64,000 nt of DNA from an uncultured Phycisphaerales bacterium. GTDB lineage: Bacteria; Planctomycetota; Phycisphaerae; Tepidisphaerales; Tepidisphaeraceae. The notes under the pieces are model-generated. The model saw only the letters and a program-made list of their open reading frames with translations, did no database searches and was not told the DNA's origin. Positions 41,601 through 53,680 of this stretch are shown piece after piece. Every line of letters starts with the position of its first letter. Within the stretch, counting starts at the first letter, position 1. The position numbers and the translations under genes were made by a program. The stretch spans positions 3,200,001 through 3,264,000 of the forward strand of contig CAVWLP010000002.1 of assembly GCA_963755915.1 (NCBI GenBank), given 5' to 3'.

Positions 41601-44600
41601 CGAGCAATTGGACGTTGCCGCTGGCCAGGACGATCTGGTTGGCGCCACCGACGTCCCCCTGGAGGGTAGCGCCGAGGTTTACGGTTCCGGAGGCGGCCTG
41701 GACGACGAGTGTTGGGGCGATGGTTCCGGTGATGGAGGCGGTGTTGTTGCTCATGGACATCGCGAGGGTGCCGGTGCCGTTCATGGTTCCGGTGAAGGAA
41801 AGATTGGTGACGAGACCGGCCGAAATCGTGTTGTTTTGGGTAACGGTGATGGGGCCGTTGAAGACGGTGTCGCCGGTGACGCTGAGGGTGGTTCCATTGA
41901 AGAAAACAGGATCGCTGAAGTTGAGGGGGGTGTTATCCTCGGAACCGACGATGGCAGGAAACGCGGTCGGGGATGTTGGCGCGGCGGAAAAAATCAGCGG
42001 GGCGCTGCCGAAGTCTTTGGCGTCGGGTGTGACGACAAGCGATGTGGATTCGCCAGTGTCGTTTGGTGTTTGGACCGTGATATTTCCGGTGAAGCTGGGG
42101 AGCGAGCCTGCCGCGAGGGTGCCGTATTGAATATCAATTCCAGTATTGCCGGTTACGGTGCTCAGGAGCTGGACTACGCCGCCGGAATCGGTGACCTGGT
42201 TGGCGGTGGCAGCGCCGAGAAGGTTTCCGGCGAGGGCGAGGGTGCCGTTGGAGTCCTGTGCGGTGAGGGTTACGGAGGCGTTGACGTCGCCGCTGACACT
42301 GAGGGTGCCGTCCATGTTGTCGGTGAGCTGGCCGACGCCCTGGATTCCGTCGGAGAAGGTGAGGAATGCGGGGGTTAAGCTGCTGTTTATATATGACTGA
42401 GTGCTGTTGACTGTCACCATTTTTTCGATCGTGACGTTGCCGGATACTTCGAGATTGCCGGAGGTTTCAAAATCGAGGGTGTTATTGAGCAGAAGAGACC
42501 CGACGACGCCGACTTCAGAAATGGTTGGCGTCAGGGGGTTGCTGCCCGTGGGTGTGGCGATGACGATTGTGCCGGTGCCAAGGGGATCGGTGACGACGGA
42601 GAGCTGTACCTGTGCCTGGCCGGTTGGTGTTCGTTCGAGGGTGATGGTCCCGGTGTAATCAGGAACGCCAGCGGAGTTGAGTATGCCGCTCTGAACGTTG
42701 ATGCCGCCGGTGCCGCTCATGCCGGTTTCGAGGACGAGTGTGCCGCCGTCTACGGTTACCTGGTTGTCGAGGCTGTCGAGTTTTCCGGAAAGATCGAACG
42801 TTGTGGCAGGGACCTGGATCTGTACGGTTTCGGCGACGCTGCCGCTGATGGTGACCACTCCGGCGCCGAACAGGGTAAGGGTGCCGTTGCCAGCAATGTC
42901 ACCCTGCAAAGCCATGGTGTCGCCCTGGCGCATGGATTCGCCCACGTCCTGACCGTTGACGGTGATGCTTCCGGCAAACAGGACCGTGGGATCTGTGGCC
43001 AGCGTGGCGCCGTTTTGGAAAGTAAGATCGTTGTCCAATTCCGCCGATCCGCTGCCCGAATCGTCGATGGAGACGGGACCCGAGCCCGCTCCGATCGTAA
43101 GTGCCCCATCACCAAAAGCGTCGTCGGCGGCGCCGTCATCAATCGTGACGCCCGCCATAAGCGTCGTCGAGCCGGTATAGGTGTCGGTGTCGTCAAACGT
43201 AGCGATCCCCGCGCCGATACGGTGAGGCTCGCCCCGCTAAGCACCGATTCTATCGTCAGATCGCCCGTCTGGTCATCAACTGTTGGTGAGCCAACGAGCG
43301 TGGTGGCGATGTCATACGTGTTATTTCCGGATTCCGAAGTGAGGCCGCCCGTCAGCGAGATTGCATTGCCGCCGAGCGTGTAGCCGGCGCCCTGAATTTC
43401 GATGTTTGCGACGGATAGACCGGTGATGTCGTTGTTCGGCGAAAGCGTCCCACCTGCCGCAAACACCAGGCTGTCGCCGGAAACGGGAGCAACATCCTCC
43501 GACCAGTTCTTGGCGTCGCTCCAGCTCGTTCCATCGCCACTGCCAGTCCACGTCAGGCTGTTGGCGATGCTGAACTGATTCGAGGTCGCGTTGGCGGCGG
43601 GGCTGTCACTGCCGGTCTGATCCGCGGTGAGGGTGTATTCACCGTCGACTTCAATCGCCGGCCCCCCGGGGTCAGTGAACGTCGCCTGGCCGTTAACGAT
43701 CGGGGCGAACGTCGTGCCGGTCAGCGCGGCGCCCTCGCCGCCGGAAATCGTGTTCAGCGACAGGGTGATTGTTCCGGTGGCCTCTGTATCGACCGTGTTG
43801 TTTGAATCATCGACCGAGACGACCAGGGGAATCTGCGTGTTCGGCGCGGCACCCATCGGTTGGGACGTAAAGACGAGATGTTCGCCGGTGATCTGAAAGC
43901 TATTGCTAATGACATCGCTCGTGTCGGAACTGCTGGCGTCGAAGGTGTAGTTGCCGGCGAGGTTGACGGATAGGCTGTTGAACGTCGCGACTCCATTGAC
44001 GGCATCGACGGTGGTGTTTCCGCCGAGGGTGCCGCTGCCGCCCTGAAGCGCCAAGGTGATTGCGCCGGTTTCGTTGGTGTCGATGTTTCCGTTGGAATCG
44101 AGAAACTCGACGGAAACGGGGGCCATCGTGTCGCCGGTGGGAGTGCTTGCTGCCGGTTGCGCAACCCATTGCAGCGTGTCCTGGGGAACGAAATAGCTCT
44201 CCAACTGGTAGGTAACAGATATATCGCCCTCGTCAGTGCTCTCCTCCTGCACGATTCCGACATTTGGGGCCCACCAAATGTCGGTACCGAATGTGGCGGT
44301 GTCGTTGGGATCGCCATCAGTGTCGGTTTCGGAATATTGAATTTCGTAGGAGTTGAATGTGCCGGCTGGCACGGTGAGTGGCGAGGGCGTCTCGGAAACG
44401 AGCGTGAAGGTCTGTGCGTCGCTCTCCTGCGATTCGGTCGTGTCGTCGGAGTCCGAAGTGTCGGTATCAGTAGATGTGTTGCCGATCGGCTGTCCCGCGG
44501 AGAGATTGGCGGGCATGATGACCTCGGGCGGGGAATAGGTATCGGTATCGGTTCCGTCGTCGTCTGCATATTCAACGATGCCCGCGCTGGTTGATCCGAT

Positions 44601-44929
44601 GTAGAGGCTGTCCGACGAGGAGTTGTCATTGACCTCGATGGTCGACTCCAACTCGACGGAGCTCTGTCCGCTGGGCGCGGTTGCAGACCCGATGACGTCG
44701 TAGGTGAGAGTGCCGGTAGCGCCGTTGCTACCGGTGGCGGCAAGGGTAAAACTCGCCCCGGGGATCAGATAGGCCCCGGCAAGCGAAAATCCGCTGACGC
44801 TCAGCATCGTTCGTTGCTCGAGCATCTCGATGGTGGGCGCCGTCGCCGCCTTCAGCCTTCTCAGTCGCGATCGGTTGCATCTTCGATTTTAGAAAACGAC
44901 GTATGGGTCTCGCAGTTTCTCCCAAGCAT
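38647..44929 (-). CDS. Giant secreted/surface protein (about 2,100 aa) with beta-helix-like and Ig-like repeats; frameshifts near 44890 and 43200
   Basis: Arg-rich leader with IEMLEQRTMLS, WTGSGDGTSWSDAKNW, long G/T/N-rich passenger-like repeats and repeated AVNGVATF..L Ig-like modules. Confidence 0.8.
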
Positions 44930-45412
44930 CTCAACTCTCCCTGCAAACTGATTTTTTGCCCGAATTGCCCGAATTGACCAGCAGTTTCAGCAGAATCGTA
45001 ACAAAGGCTTGCGGCAAGACAATACGTTGTTTTGCGTACAACGCATTTTTGGATGGAGGCTGCAGGGAACGCTGGCAAGCCGCGTAGGCTGAATCGCTTG
45101 TGAGGCCGCCGACCAATACGCCCGAGCTCGGTACCGTGCCGCTGGGATCCGCGCACAGATCCGCACACGCAGTAGTCGGGATCCGTTCTGTTAACGGCAT
45201 TCGTCCCAACACTCAACCGACGACCAATCCATAAAGCACAATTAAGTCCCTTCGCACGGAATGGAATGCATTTTCTGTGAACGATAGCTTTACCCTGACG
45301 GCGAGCGCCTTCTCAACTTCCGCTCGCAGCGCGGCAAATCGGACAAGCGGCCGATCGGCATTACCCATAACTTTCCTTTTGAATTCCCGTCTGCGGACTT
45401 CGCTGTCGTCAA

Positions 45413-45760
45413 TTACGGAATTGAGGCCACGCCGGTTGCGGACACCGTGTCCGGCCGCGTAAATCTTCTCCGCCGCCAAGCCAGCGCTCGAAGACCGGCA
45501 ATTGCGATCAACCCCACACAGGCCGGCTCGGGCACCGCTGCAATCGTCGGCAGCGGCAATCCGTTAGCGAGGGCAAAGGAATCCAACGCCGCGATGTCGG
45601 CTTGAGACACATTCACATCCGCGCCGCTGTCGCCCTGGCCAAAGTTGGCGGCGAGGGCGGAGAAGTCGGAGCCGTTGACGGAGGAACTGAAAAGGAAATT
45701 TCCCTGGTCCCAGTTGGTGACCCCTTGGCCGAAGTTGGCGGCGAGGGCGGAGAAATCGGC
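45413..45760 (-). pseudogene. Orphan C-terminal tail of a PEP-CTERM protein
   Basis: DFSALAANFG twice, then VPEP-TM-RRRR; the 5' part is replaced by an IS66 fragment. Confidence 0.85.
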
Positions 45761-45761
45761 G

Positions 45762-45892
45762 GGCAGACGGTGGCGATCCTGTCGAGCCTGACCAGCACGC
45801 GCAAGTGGCACAGGATCGATCCGCAGCGATACCTAACTCAATTGTTGACGAATCTGCCGACGATGACGATCAGCCAACTTGAACAATTGCTG
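45762..45892 (+). mobile_element. IS66 transposase C-terminal fragment
   Basis: GQTVAILSSLTSTRKWHRIDPQRYLTQLLTNLP. Confidence 0.7.
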
Positions 45893-46430
45893 CGGCGAAA
45901 TCCGGCCTCTCCAGCGTATCAATCCGCCCGGGCGGAAGTGTGACTTCAAACCACATCATGCCGTCGAATTCGATCCGGCTATCAACTTTGATCGCACCCT
46001 GGGTCATCTGGAAATGGACGACACCCGGTTTTGTGTCCCCCATGACCAGCGTGGCCAGCGCGGGAGGAGTATCAGGGGCGGGCGCCACGAGCAGTTTAAT
46101 TGGGGCCGCAAGGAGTTGGTTGTTAAGAGCCGTGATCTGGCTGGGAAAGAGGCCACCGTGATACTGGTAGCTCCGCCCCCAAACCTTAAAGGTGGCGTTG
46201 CCATCGGAGGAAGCCTTTGCCTCGACCGGCGACCACGGTTTAGGCACCTTATCGGAGACGCCGATTTTGTTTCCGAGCCAGATGGGTTTTTTAGTCGTCC
46301 CGGCATCCGAACTTCCGGTTTTCCCCACCGCCGGATCTCCCTGAGCCTGCAGCGAAAAGACGTTCCCAAAGATAACCAGGAAGGAAAGAACGGCGAGAAG
46401 TTGGAGGCCGCGAATTGAAAAAAAACTCAT
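45893..46430 (-). pseudogene. N-terminal fragment of a secreted glycoside-hydrolase-like protein
   Basis: Signal peptide, VPKPWSPV, VWGRSY, FPSQI and IEFDGMMW; cut off at the IS66 scar. Confidence 0.55.
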
Positions 46431-46691
46431 GGGCAATGACCTTCCCGCGCAGCAATGGCATACCCCCAAAACGACATCGGCCATCAATGGATCGCCGATG
46501 GCATATCGAAAGCTACCGAATGAGACGACGCGATTACACGGTCCGAATCTCGCTCAATCGCTTGCGACATCTCTATTATGGTAGACATTACAACCGGTTG
46601 GATGAATAGATGCTTAAAAGCCCTACGCCTTCCATTCCCTTTGTTTATCTGCTTTCGGGAAAGCTCTTTGGAACAACTGAAACTGTATGGT

Positions 46692-49416
46692 TTAATCGGC
46701 GGTTAGATGAACGTTGTCGACGCAAACGAAATTCACCAAGGGTGATCCATCCGCACTACTGCGAAAAACGTTATCCGTGGCTGTTGTCCGAATAACCAGA
46801 TTTTCCGCCGCAGCGCCGAACGCAACCGACACCGTTCCTTCCGTTAGAACAGCCGGCATTTCGCCAACCGGTTGGAGCACAACTTTGTACGATCGGTTCG
46901 TATTGTTGATCGTTAACTGAAGGTGATTCCAACAATCCAAAGCGACTGGCACCGATGATTTTGTGTAGACGCCATTTTGCAAGGAGCTCCAAAAGCCATG
47001 GTCGGTATTGATTGCCAGCCGATCGGGTTCATCATTGCCGCCGTTCAGGCCAATCTCCACGCCTTCGTTCGCTTCTGACGCAGCGCTCGGCATGATATCC
47101 ACGTAGGGGGAATTCGATCTGATGAAAACGTCCATATCTAAAACACATTTCTGGGAAGGGCGGGTATCAGCGGTCTGGCACAAGAGGGCCATATTGCCCC
47201 AGATTCTGAGGCATTTTGTGCCCTCTCCATAGGACGAATTGCTTTCAATCACCGCTTGTGTGGCGTCGCCACCCTTGAGAACCCATCGACTGCCAATCTG
47301 CGGTTTTTGCCACAAGGGACTCAGACCCGGATCAAATCGTTCGAAGTCGTCGGCAAAAAGGACATGCGTTGCCGGTTTCTCATACGGAATAAGCGGTCTC
47401 CACTGGACGATTACATCGTCGAGATACGTGACCGCCCCGATTTTTCCTTCTGGGACAAAATCAAGCTGATTCAACATTTTGCAGGTCTTCAGCGTCACGG
47501 TCCTTCCGCTGCCGTCGTCAGTCGGGATTACGCGTGGACCTGCGGGCATATAGGGCACCGAGCTGCAGATCGCGTCAACTCTCTGATTGACGAGGGACGC
47601 TGAGTATGATCCCGTTGAAAAATCTACACCAATCCGAATTTGCATCCAAATCTGTTTCGGCAGGAAGATGTTGGCGGTGCGCCATGTGCCCAAGACTGAA
47701 TACTCCAATGCGCCGGTTCCGGGCGTTATCCTGACAGCGATATCTGGTTTCACGTCCGACCCGTCCTGGAAATATGCAATCAGGCCGCTTTCATCGGATT
47801 GGCGAAAGACCCGGAAGTGGAAATCAGCGTGGCCGTTCTGAATTGCCGGCTCAATACAGGCGTAATAGAGGCTGCGGTCGCAATTACTCGAATGCCGCGC
47901 GATCAATTCAGTGGATTTGGTGGGATCGCTGGTAAGTTTGACGGCGTTACCCTGCAATCCATATCGAACCTGACTCTGCACGCATGGGAGGGAATTGCTG
48001 CCGTCTCCCATGCGATACCACAGACCAGGGCAAGGCGCAGAGCGGGAACATATCCCTTGTTCCCATAGCCCCCGGAATAATAGGAACTGTTGGCGGGAAA
48101 GCCGTCAAACGATTGGTCGAAGAACTTGATATAGCCAAACTCGTGAAGGTCTTTCATCAATTGGTTCCATCGCTGGAACCACGCCATTTGATAAGAATCG
48201 TACCAGTCGGTGGTGCGCCAGCTATCGCCATTTGCAGGCGGATTCTGAAAGAAATAGGAACCGCCGCCGGAAATGAGGCGGATATCGGGATGCTTGCTGG
48301 ATTTGATGTAGTTTCGAAAGACGGCGAGCGGAACGATGCCCCGGCCCTGTTTTACGCAGGTGATATAGGTCTTCAAGATATCCGCAGACGTGGGCCACGC
48401 GTCAAAATCACAAGGGGTGATGATCGCGTCGATGAGGCCCTGGTCGACCCAGGTCCGCCAATCGGTGAACCAGTTTCCCATCGGCGGCCCGATTCGTTCG
48501 CCCGCAACTGAAACGCAAATCTGGATTTTTGGATCGACCCCATTGAGCGCCGTGCGAAGCTCCTGCAAGAATTGCGTAAAGTATTCTCCGCGCAATCTGT
48601 GCCAGTTCTCAACCATGGGATCGAGTGCGTTGAATTTGGGGCTGTCAACATCGAACCGGGGATCGGTGAGTATGTTGACGCCATAACGTCGCTGCATGTC
48701 CTGAACGACGATGTCGTTGAACCCGAACCGGTCGGCGTTGTCCGGCGGATCCTGCATTTGCGATGCTTCGCTTCGGTTTTCAACCACAAAATGCTTAAGC
48801 CCCAGGTTCCTGGCCATATAAACAAACTCGGCAATCTTGGTGGCGCGTGCCGCGGGGTAGCCGTATTCGCGGACCATCCATTGCTTTTTGGTGTGAGTGC
48901 GATCGGTGGTAACCGCCTCGGGATGGGTGTAGGTGTACATGGAAACATAAGACCATGGCCAGATTCGCCCAGGTCCAGGCCCGCCGGCGGTTTCGGGGCG
49001 CCGTCGCTGAAGGTATGGGCATGCCAGGCCCAGAATTCGAAGCCGTCTTTCTCGCTGATCTGGTTGCCGATTTTATGGACATTAAAGCGGTTTGAAACCT
49101 CATCGATATAGGCCCACGCTTGTGCAAGGGCCGGATTTTCCTGGTTGCCGAGGGGATTCCGCCGGATGGAATTGGGATCAAGTTGGGCCAAATCCGTTCG
49201 CAGAAAGACCCCGCGAAAACCCCGGCCTTGCCAGTGCCGCACCATGTGCTCGAAGGCGGCTGGACTATCGAGCGAAGGATCGACGCCCGGCCCGTAGCTG
49301 TAGACAATGTCCCCCCAGCTCGGAAGCACGTAATCTCGGCCCTCAACGGCCTGCCCCATCGACATTTCCGCAATCGCCAGGGTCAGCGAAACGAAGACAA
49401 AAAAAGCGACTCTCAT
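46692..49416 (-). CDS. Large secreted protein with a glycoside-hydrolase-like barrel and beta-sandwich domains; frameshifts near 48950 and 48030
   Basis: Signal peptide, FTQFLQELR and DWRTWVDQGLID (GHL10-like), then FADDFE...DNV lectin-like modules; three overlapping ORFs. Confidence 0.55.
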
Positions 49417-49575
49417 TTTCCAGATCTTTCGTGAGCATCATCTCGTCCAACGCGTTACGGAGCAGGACGGAGACTTCGGCGTTTCCAACTTCGTTGATGC
49501 GTTGGCGGGAGCCGACGGCGATTGTACAACGCCCGTATGCCGGCAAAGGCGAGAAACAGTGTCTCGCTGAAGTGA

Positions 49576-50157
49576 TTAGCGTGCGTTGGCGAAATAGAGC
49601 ATCATGCCGATGGCGTAACCACAGCTCGCAATGAGGCAGACGATTCCCAGTGCGTGATTTTTCATGCGCTGCCACCAGAGGTAAATGCCTGTGAGAGCAA
49701 AGAGAATCATCGAAACGCCGGCGAGGTCGCAGAAGAACGCATATAGATCGAAGAGGGGTTCGTTGTCGTAACCGGCGATTTTGTGAAGCATGATCAAGGT
49801 TCCGATCCAGCCGGCGGGTTGCGTGGTCAGACGTACAGTATGGTTTTGCGAGAAGACATCGACGCGAAGCATCGTGCCGGGATGATTGATCCAGAAGAGG
49901 GCTTCATCCGGCGGCTGGGTTTGCGGAAACTGAATTCGCCCCGGTAAAAAGAGATCTTTCTTGACGGATTCCGCAAGCTGAGGCAGGGGAAGAGAGCTGT
50001 CGGTGTCGAGCGGCACTGTCTTGCTGGTGCGCGGAAGCGCCGGTGGCAGGAACCAGGGTCGATGTGCCATGATGTAGCCGCTCACGAAATACATCAACAG
50101 AAACATCAAAATGATGAGTCCGGCGTGTAAGTGAATTTTGCGAATAAGGTTGTACAT
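49576..50157 (-). CDS. PepSY-associated TM-helix protein
   Basis: IRKIHLHAGL...SGYIMAH...MLHK...TGIYLW. Confidence 0.8.
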   Translation of the reverse strand: MYNLIRKIHLHAGLIILMFLLMYFVSGYIMAHRPWFLPPALPRTSKTVPLDTDSSLPLPQLAESVKKDLFLPGRIQFPQTQPPDEALFWINHPGTMLRVDVFSQNHTVRLTTQPAGWIGTLIMLHKIAGYDNEPLFDLYAFFCDLAGVSMILFALTGIYLWWQRMKNHALGIVCLIASCGYAIGMMLYFANAR

Positions 50158-50159
50158 GG

Positions 50160-50816
50160 CTATCCGTGAAACGTGACGAACAGCATGAGGGTGAGTGAGA
50201 GGACTGTCGCGATGCCGATTACGAGCAGTCCGATGCGACGTTCGCGTCTGCGGCGGGTCCAAAGATAAATTCCGCTAATGCCGGCGAACACGACCACGAA
50301 CGTGCAAAGATCGGTGTACAAACTCCACGTGCTGGCGAGGACGGAATCGGCATAGGCGAAATACGAACCGTGGAGGTCCCGAATGAGCGTCCATAAACCT
50401 GTCTTTGTTTGGGTGACGGTTTGAGTTCCTTGATCGACATGAACGTCGATTTCGTACTCTTTGCCCGGGCGAACGAGGTGGGCGTGGTAGGTGCCGGGGC
50501 TGGTCCAACTGCCGTTGGAGTTCGGATATGACTCCGCGAAGGATCCCATGGCGTGAAGAATCGCGGCATCGTTCAGCCGCTGCATCGCGTCGGGCGGCGT
50601 TTTACTGTCAGCCTTAACAAGAGCTGGAATCGAGATGGGCAGCGTCCAGGTGGTCTCATCGGCCGATGGCTTGGTGAAGGCAAAAGGGTGGTTGAAATTC
50701 AAGACGCTGATTCCAAGGAGAATCAGATAGCTGAAGCAAAGCAAGCCGCCGTAAATGTGGATGTAAAGGACGGTTTTGCGAAGCACGCACACCTCCGGCA
50801 ATTGGGTTTGGATCAT
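50160..50816 (-). CDS. PepSY-associated TM-helix protein (paralog)
   Basis: IHIYGGL...LNFNH...RDLHG...SGIYLW. Confidence 0.8.
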   Translation of the reverse strand: MIQTQLPEVCVLRKTVLYIHIYGGLLCFSYLILLGISVLNFNHPFAFTKPSADETTWTLPISIPALVKADSKTPPDAMQRLNDAAILHAMGSFAESYPNSNGSWTSPGTYHAHLVRPGKEYEIDVHVDQGTQTVTQTKTGLWTLIRDLHGSYFAYADSVLASTWSLYTDLCTFVVVFAGISGIYLWTRRRRERRIGLLVIGIATVLSLTLMLFVTFHG

Positions 50817-50856
50817 TTTCTGTCGGAGCCGCCGTCGATGGGCGCTGGCACTTCGG

Positions 50857-51285
50857 TTAACGGTGGTTGCTGTTCCCAGCAGATTTTTTCGCGGTTTTCA
50901 TTGCCGTTGAGTAGGCCACCGCGTCGATTTCGAATTTCACGACCGTTCCAAGGCAGTTTACGAGCGTCGTCCTGGATGGATATGGCTCCGAGAAATAATT
51001 CCGGTAAAGGCGATTATATTCGGCCAGATCCTTCTGCCTGGCGAGGTAGGATCGAACATTGACGACATCTTTGAAGCCCAGGCCGGCGGCCTTCAAAATT
51101 GCGCGAAGATTTTCCATCGATCTACGCATCTCGCCTTCGAAAGTGTCGTGCACAACTTCACCGCCGGCATTGACTGATGCCTGACCGGCCACGAAGAGAA
51201 ACGGCCCGGCCTGGACCGCGGGTGAGTAGGGAAGCTTTGGTTTGGGGACACCGGACGTGATGTGGTTGATAGGGCCGTTTTTCAT
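50857..51285 (-). CDS. RidA/YjgF family enamine deaminase
   Basis: PYSPAV, FVAGQ, YPSRTT and FEIDAVA. Confidence 0.9.
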   Translation of the reverse strand: MKNGPINHITSGVPKPKLPYSPAVQAGPFLFVAGQASVNAGGEVVHDTFEGEMRRSMENLRAILKAAGLGFKDVVNVRSYLARQKDLAEYNRLYRNYFSEPYPSRTTLVNCLGTVVKFEIDAVAYSTAMKTAKKSAGNSNHR

Positions 51286-51322
51286 TCCTTTTCCTTTCGA
51301 TAATTGGATTCGATCTGCTCGA

Positions 51323-52432
51323 TTAGAAGATTCCGCGGGGGCAGGAAAGCAGATTCTCGAGGCCGGTGGGAGTGACCAGGTATTGATCTTCGATTCGTAT
51401 TCCCCCACCGAGATCATCGCCATATATCCCCGGCTCTACGCAGATTACTTCTCCCGCCATGAGGACGTCGTCCCACATCGAATTGAGGTGGGGAAACTCA
51501 TGCGGTTCCAGGCCGACGCCATGGCCAAGATGATGGGGCAAGCAGCGGCCGACCCTGGCTTGGAGATTGTTGTTGATGGCCGCGACCAAATCGCGGCAGC
51601 GCGTGCCCGGTTTGGCCGATTTCTCGACGATGTCGAAACAGGAAAGAATCGCCTCATACGCCCGCTGTTGTTGAGACGTGGGTTTTCGATTCACAACAAA
51701 ACTTCGCGCGTTATCGGCGAAATAGCCGCGATAAGAGGGGCTCAGATCGAGGATATATATTTCGCCCTCCCGGGCCTTTCGCCCGGCCCTTGGCGGACCA
51801 CCGATCACTCCGCACGCAAAATCGTTCCCCAATAGATCGGTCAAAGGCTCGCCGGCCGCCTGGACTGCGACGCGCTGGAGCTGGGCGAAAACTTCCATCT
51901 CGTCGATGCCGGGCGCAATAATCTGACGGGCGTGCTCATACATTTTTTCGCTTATCGCAATTGCCTTTTTCATCAGCTCCAGTTCATCGGAGTCCTTGCA
52001 GCGCCGCATTTGCCAGATTTCCGAATCGACCAGCTCGGTTTCGGCATTGGTGTTTTTGGAAAGATGAAGCGACACGAGCGAAGTGTCGAGCCCAAGCCGG
52101 CGAATGTTTTTCCATGCCAGCCACTCGGCGGACCTATGCGCCGCGATCGAGGGTTGTTCCTGCCGGAGGGTTGCCATGAACTGCGCGGGATATGCGATGT
52201 TGTCATCGACCGCCTTTGAATCCGCGGGATTGTTGGCTGCGATGAGGCAAGATCGGCCGTCGGCAGTCAGAATAAGCGCCGCCTGATGGACCCAGTGGGG
52301 GTGAAACGCCGAAAAATAATAGACGTGGCGCGGGCGGGCGATGACGACGGCATCGAGCCGGCGACGCTGCATGATTAGAAGCAATCGGCTTTGCCGTTGG
52401 CGCGATAGTTCGTGGTCAAGCACGATAGTCAC
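51323..52432 (-). CDS. M24 Xaa-Pro peptidase/creatinase-family protein
   Basis: GYFADNAR, HHLGHGVGLEPHE, EPGIY and GIRIED; the GTG start overlaps the upstream TGA. Confidence 0.9.
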   Translation of the reverse strand: MTIVLDHELSRQRQSRLLLIMQRRRLDAVVIARPRHVYYFSAFHPHWVHQAALILTADGRSCLIAANNPADSKAVDDNIAYPAQFMATLRQEQPSIAAHRSAEWLAWKNIRRLGLDTSLVSLHLSKNTNAETELVDSEIWQMRRCKDSDELELMKKAIAISEKMYEHARQIIAPGIDEMEVFAQLQRVAVQAAGEPLTDLLGNDFACGVIGGPPRAGRKAREGEIYILDLSPSYRGYFADNARSFVVNRKPTSQQQRAYEAILSCFDIVEKSAKPGTRCRDLVAAINNNLQARVGRCLPHHLGHGVGLEPHEFPHLNSMWDDVLMAGEVICVEPGIYGDDLGGGIRIEDQYLVTPTGLENLLSCPRGIF

Positions 52433-53388
52433 GCCTTCTTTTTGCCAATTGACGCGGCTTTCTCGTTCATCTTCTGAACGAGCCAGACATTCTCGACAAA
52501 TAATTTCTCCCACTGCTCGACTTCTTCCGGGGTGTAATCGTAAAAGCCTTTGCCGGTAGAGATGCCGTTGGCGCCGCTTTCGATGATTTTGCGAATTGTT
52601 TCGGGAACCTCGGTTGAATTCTTCAAAGTTGGAAAAAGGCGTTTCATCACAGCGGCATAGGCCGAGACGCCGGTGAGATCCATCCATCGAAAGGGCCCGC
52701 CAATTGCCGCCCACAATCCCACCGCGCTTCGGAATGAGCGGTCGATGGTCTCGACATCGGCAACTCCGCTCTCCAGCAGATTGAAGGCCTCGCGATAGAG
52801 CGCATAGTTCATCCTATTCACGATGAACCCGGCAACATCCTTGCGCACCAGCGAAGGATCCTTTCCCGCGGCTTTGGCGAGGGCCATGGTGGCCTCAGCC
52901 GTCGCGTCGTCCGTGAATTCCCCTCTGATGACTTCAAGAAATCGTGTGATGTGGCAGGGATCCGCCCAGTGCATTCCGATGAATCGCCGCGGAAAGCGCC
53001 GATCCTTCTGGAGGACCGAAATTGGAAATGCGGAAGTATTGCTGGCGATCGGCGTGGTTGAGGCGACAATTCCCTCAAGCCGATCGAAAACGGATCGCTT
53101 GAGTTCGAGGTCTTCGTTCACGCTCTCGATAACGTAGTCGCAATCGCGCAGCGCATCGATGGACTCTGGATCGCTATAAGTGTTTTGCCATCGGGTGGTC
53201 AAATCCCGGGAAACCCGACCGTGCTCAAAGAGGTCTTCGATTGCCGTCTGGACATATTTGCGTGCATTGTGCCGCGCCTGAGGATCGCGGTCATAGGCGA
53301 CGACATGAATCTCCTTGGCCAGCAAGCAAGTAGCGATCCCCCGCCCCAGCAAGCCAATCCCGACAACGCCTACGCTCCGAGCTATCAT
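52429..53388 (-). CDS. 3-hydroxyacyl-CoA dehydrogenase-family protein
   Basis: VVGIGLLG, ESVNEDLELK, ASNTS, GMHW and GFIVNR. Confidence 0.92.
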   Translation of the reverse strand: MIARSVGVVGIGLLGRGIATCLLAKEIHVVAYDRDPQARHNARKYVQTAIEDLFEHGRVSRDLTTRWQNTYSDPESIDALRDCDYVIESVNEDLELKRSVFDRLEGIVASTTPIASNTSAFPISVLQKDRRFPRRFIGMHWADPCHITRFLEVIRGEFTDDATAEATMALAKAAGKDPSLVRKDVAGFIVNRMNYALYREAFNLLESGVADVETIDRSFRSAVGLWAAIGGPFRWMDLTGVSAYAAVMKRLFPTLKNSTEVPETIRKIIESGANGISTGKGFYDYTPEEVEQWEKLFVENVWLVQKMNEKAASIGKKKA

Positions 53389-53680
53389 TATGCCGCTCTT
53401 TATTTCGGATGCATTTTGTTGAACACAACAGGAAGCTTTTTAACATGGCGGTGCCGTCAACGCCTGGCGAACGCGAATGTTTTTTGGGAATTTATCGCAT
53501 ATATGTCGGGGCGGGCAAGACAGTATCTGTGTTGTGGCCCGGCAATGGATTTATGGGGTCGTTTCGTATAGCGGAACGCGTCATTCGTCGACGTGAGCGA
53601 CGGGGAGGAAATGGGGCCAATATTGCACGCAGGCGAGTATATTCACGATTGAACCAGATATAGTCACTTCGACGATAGTC

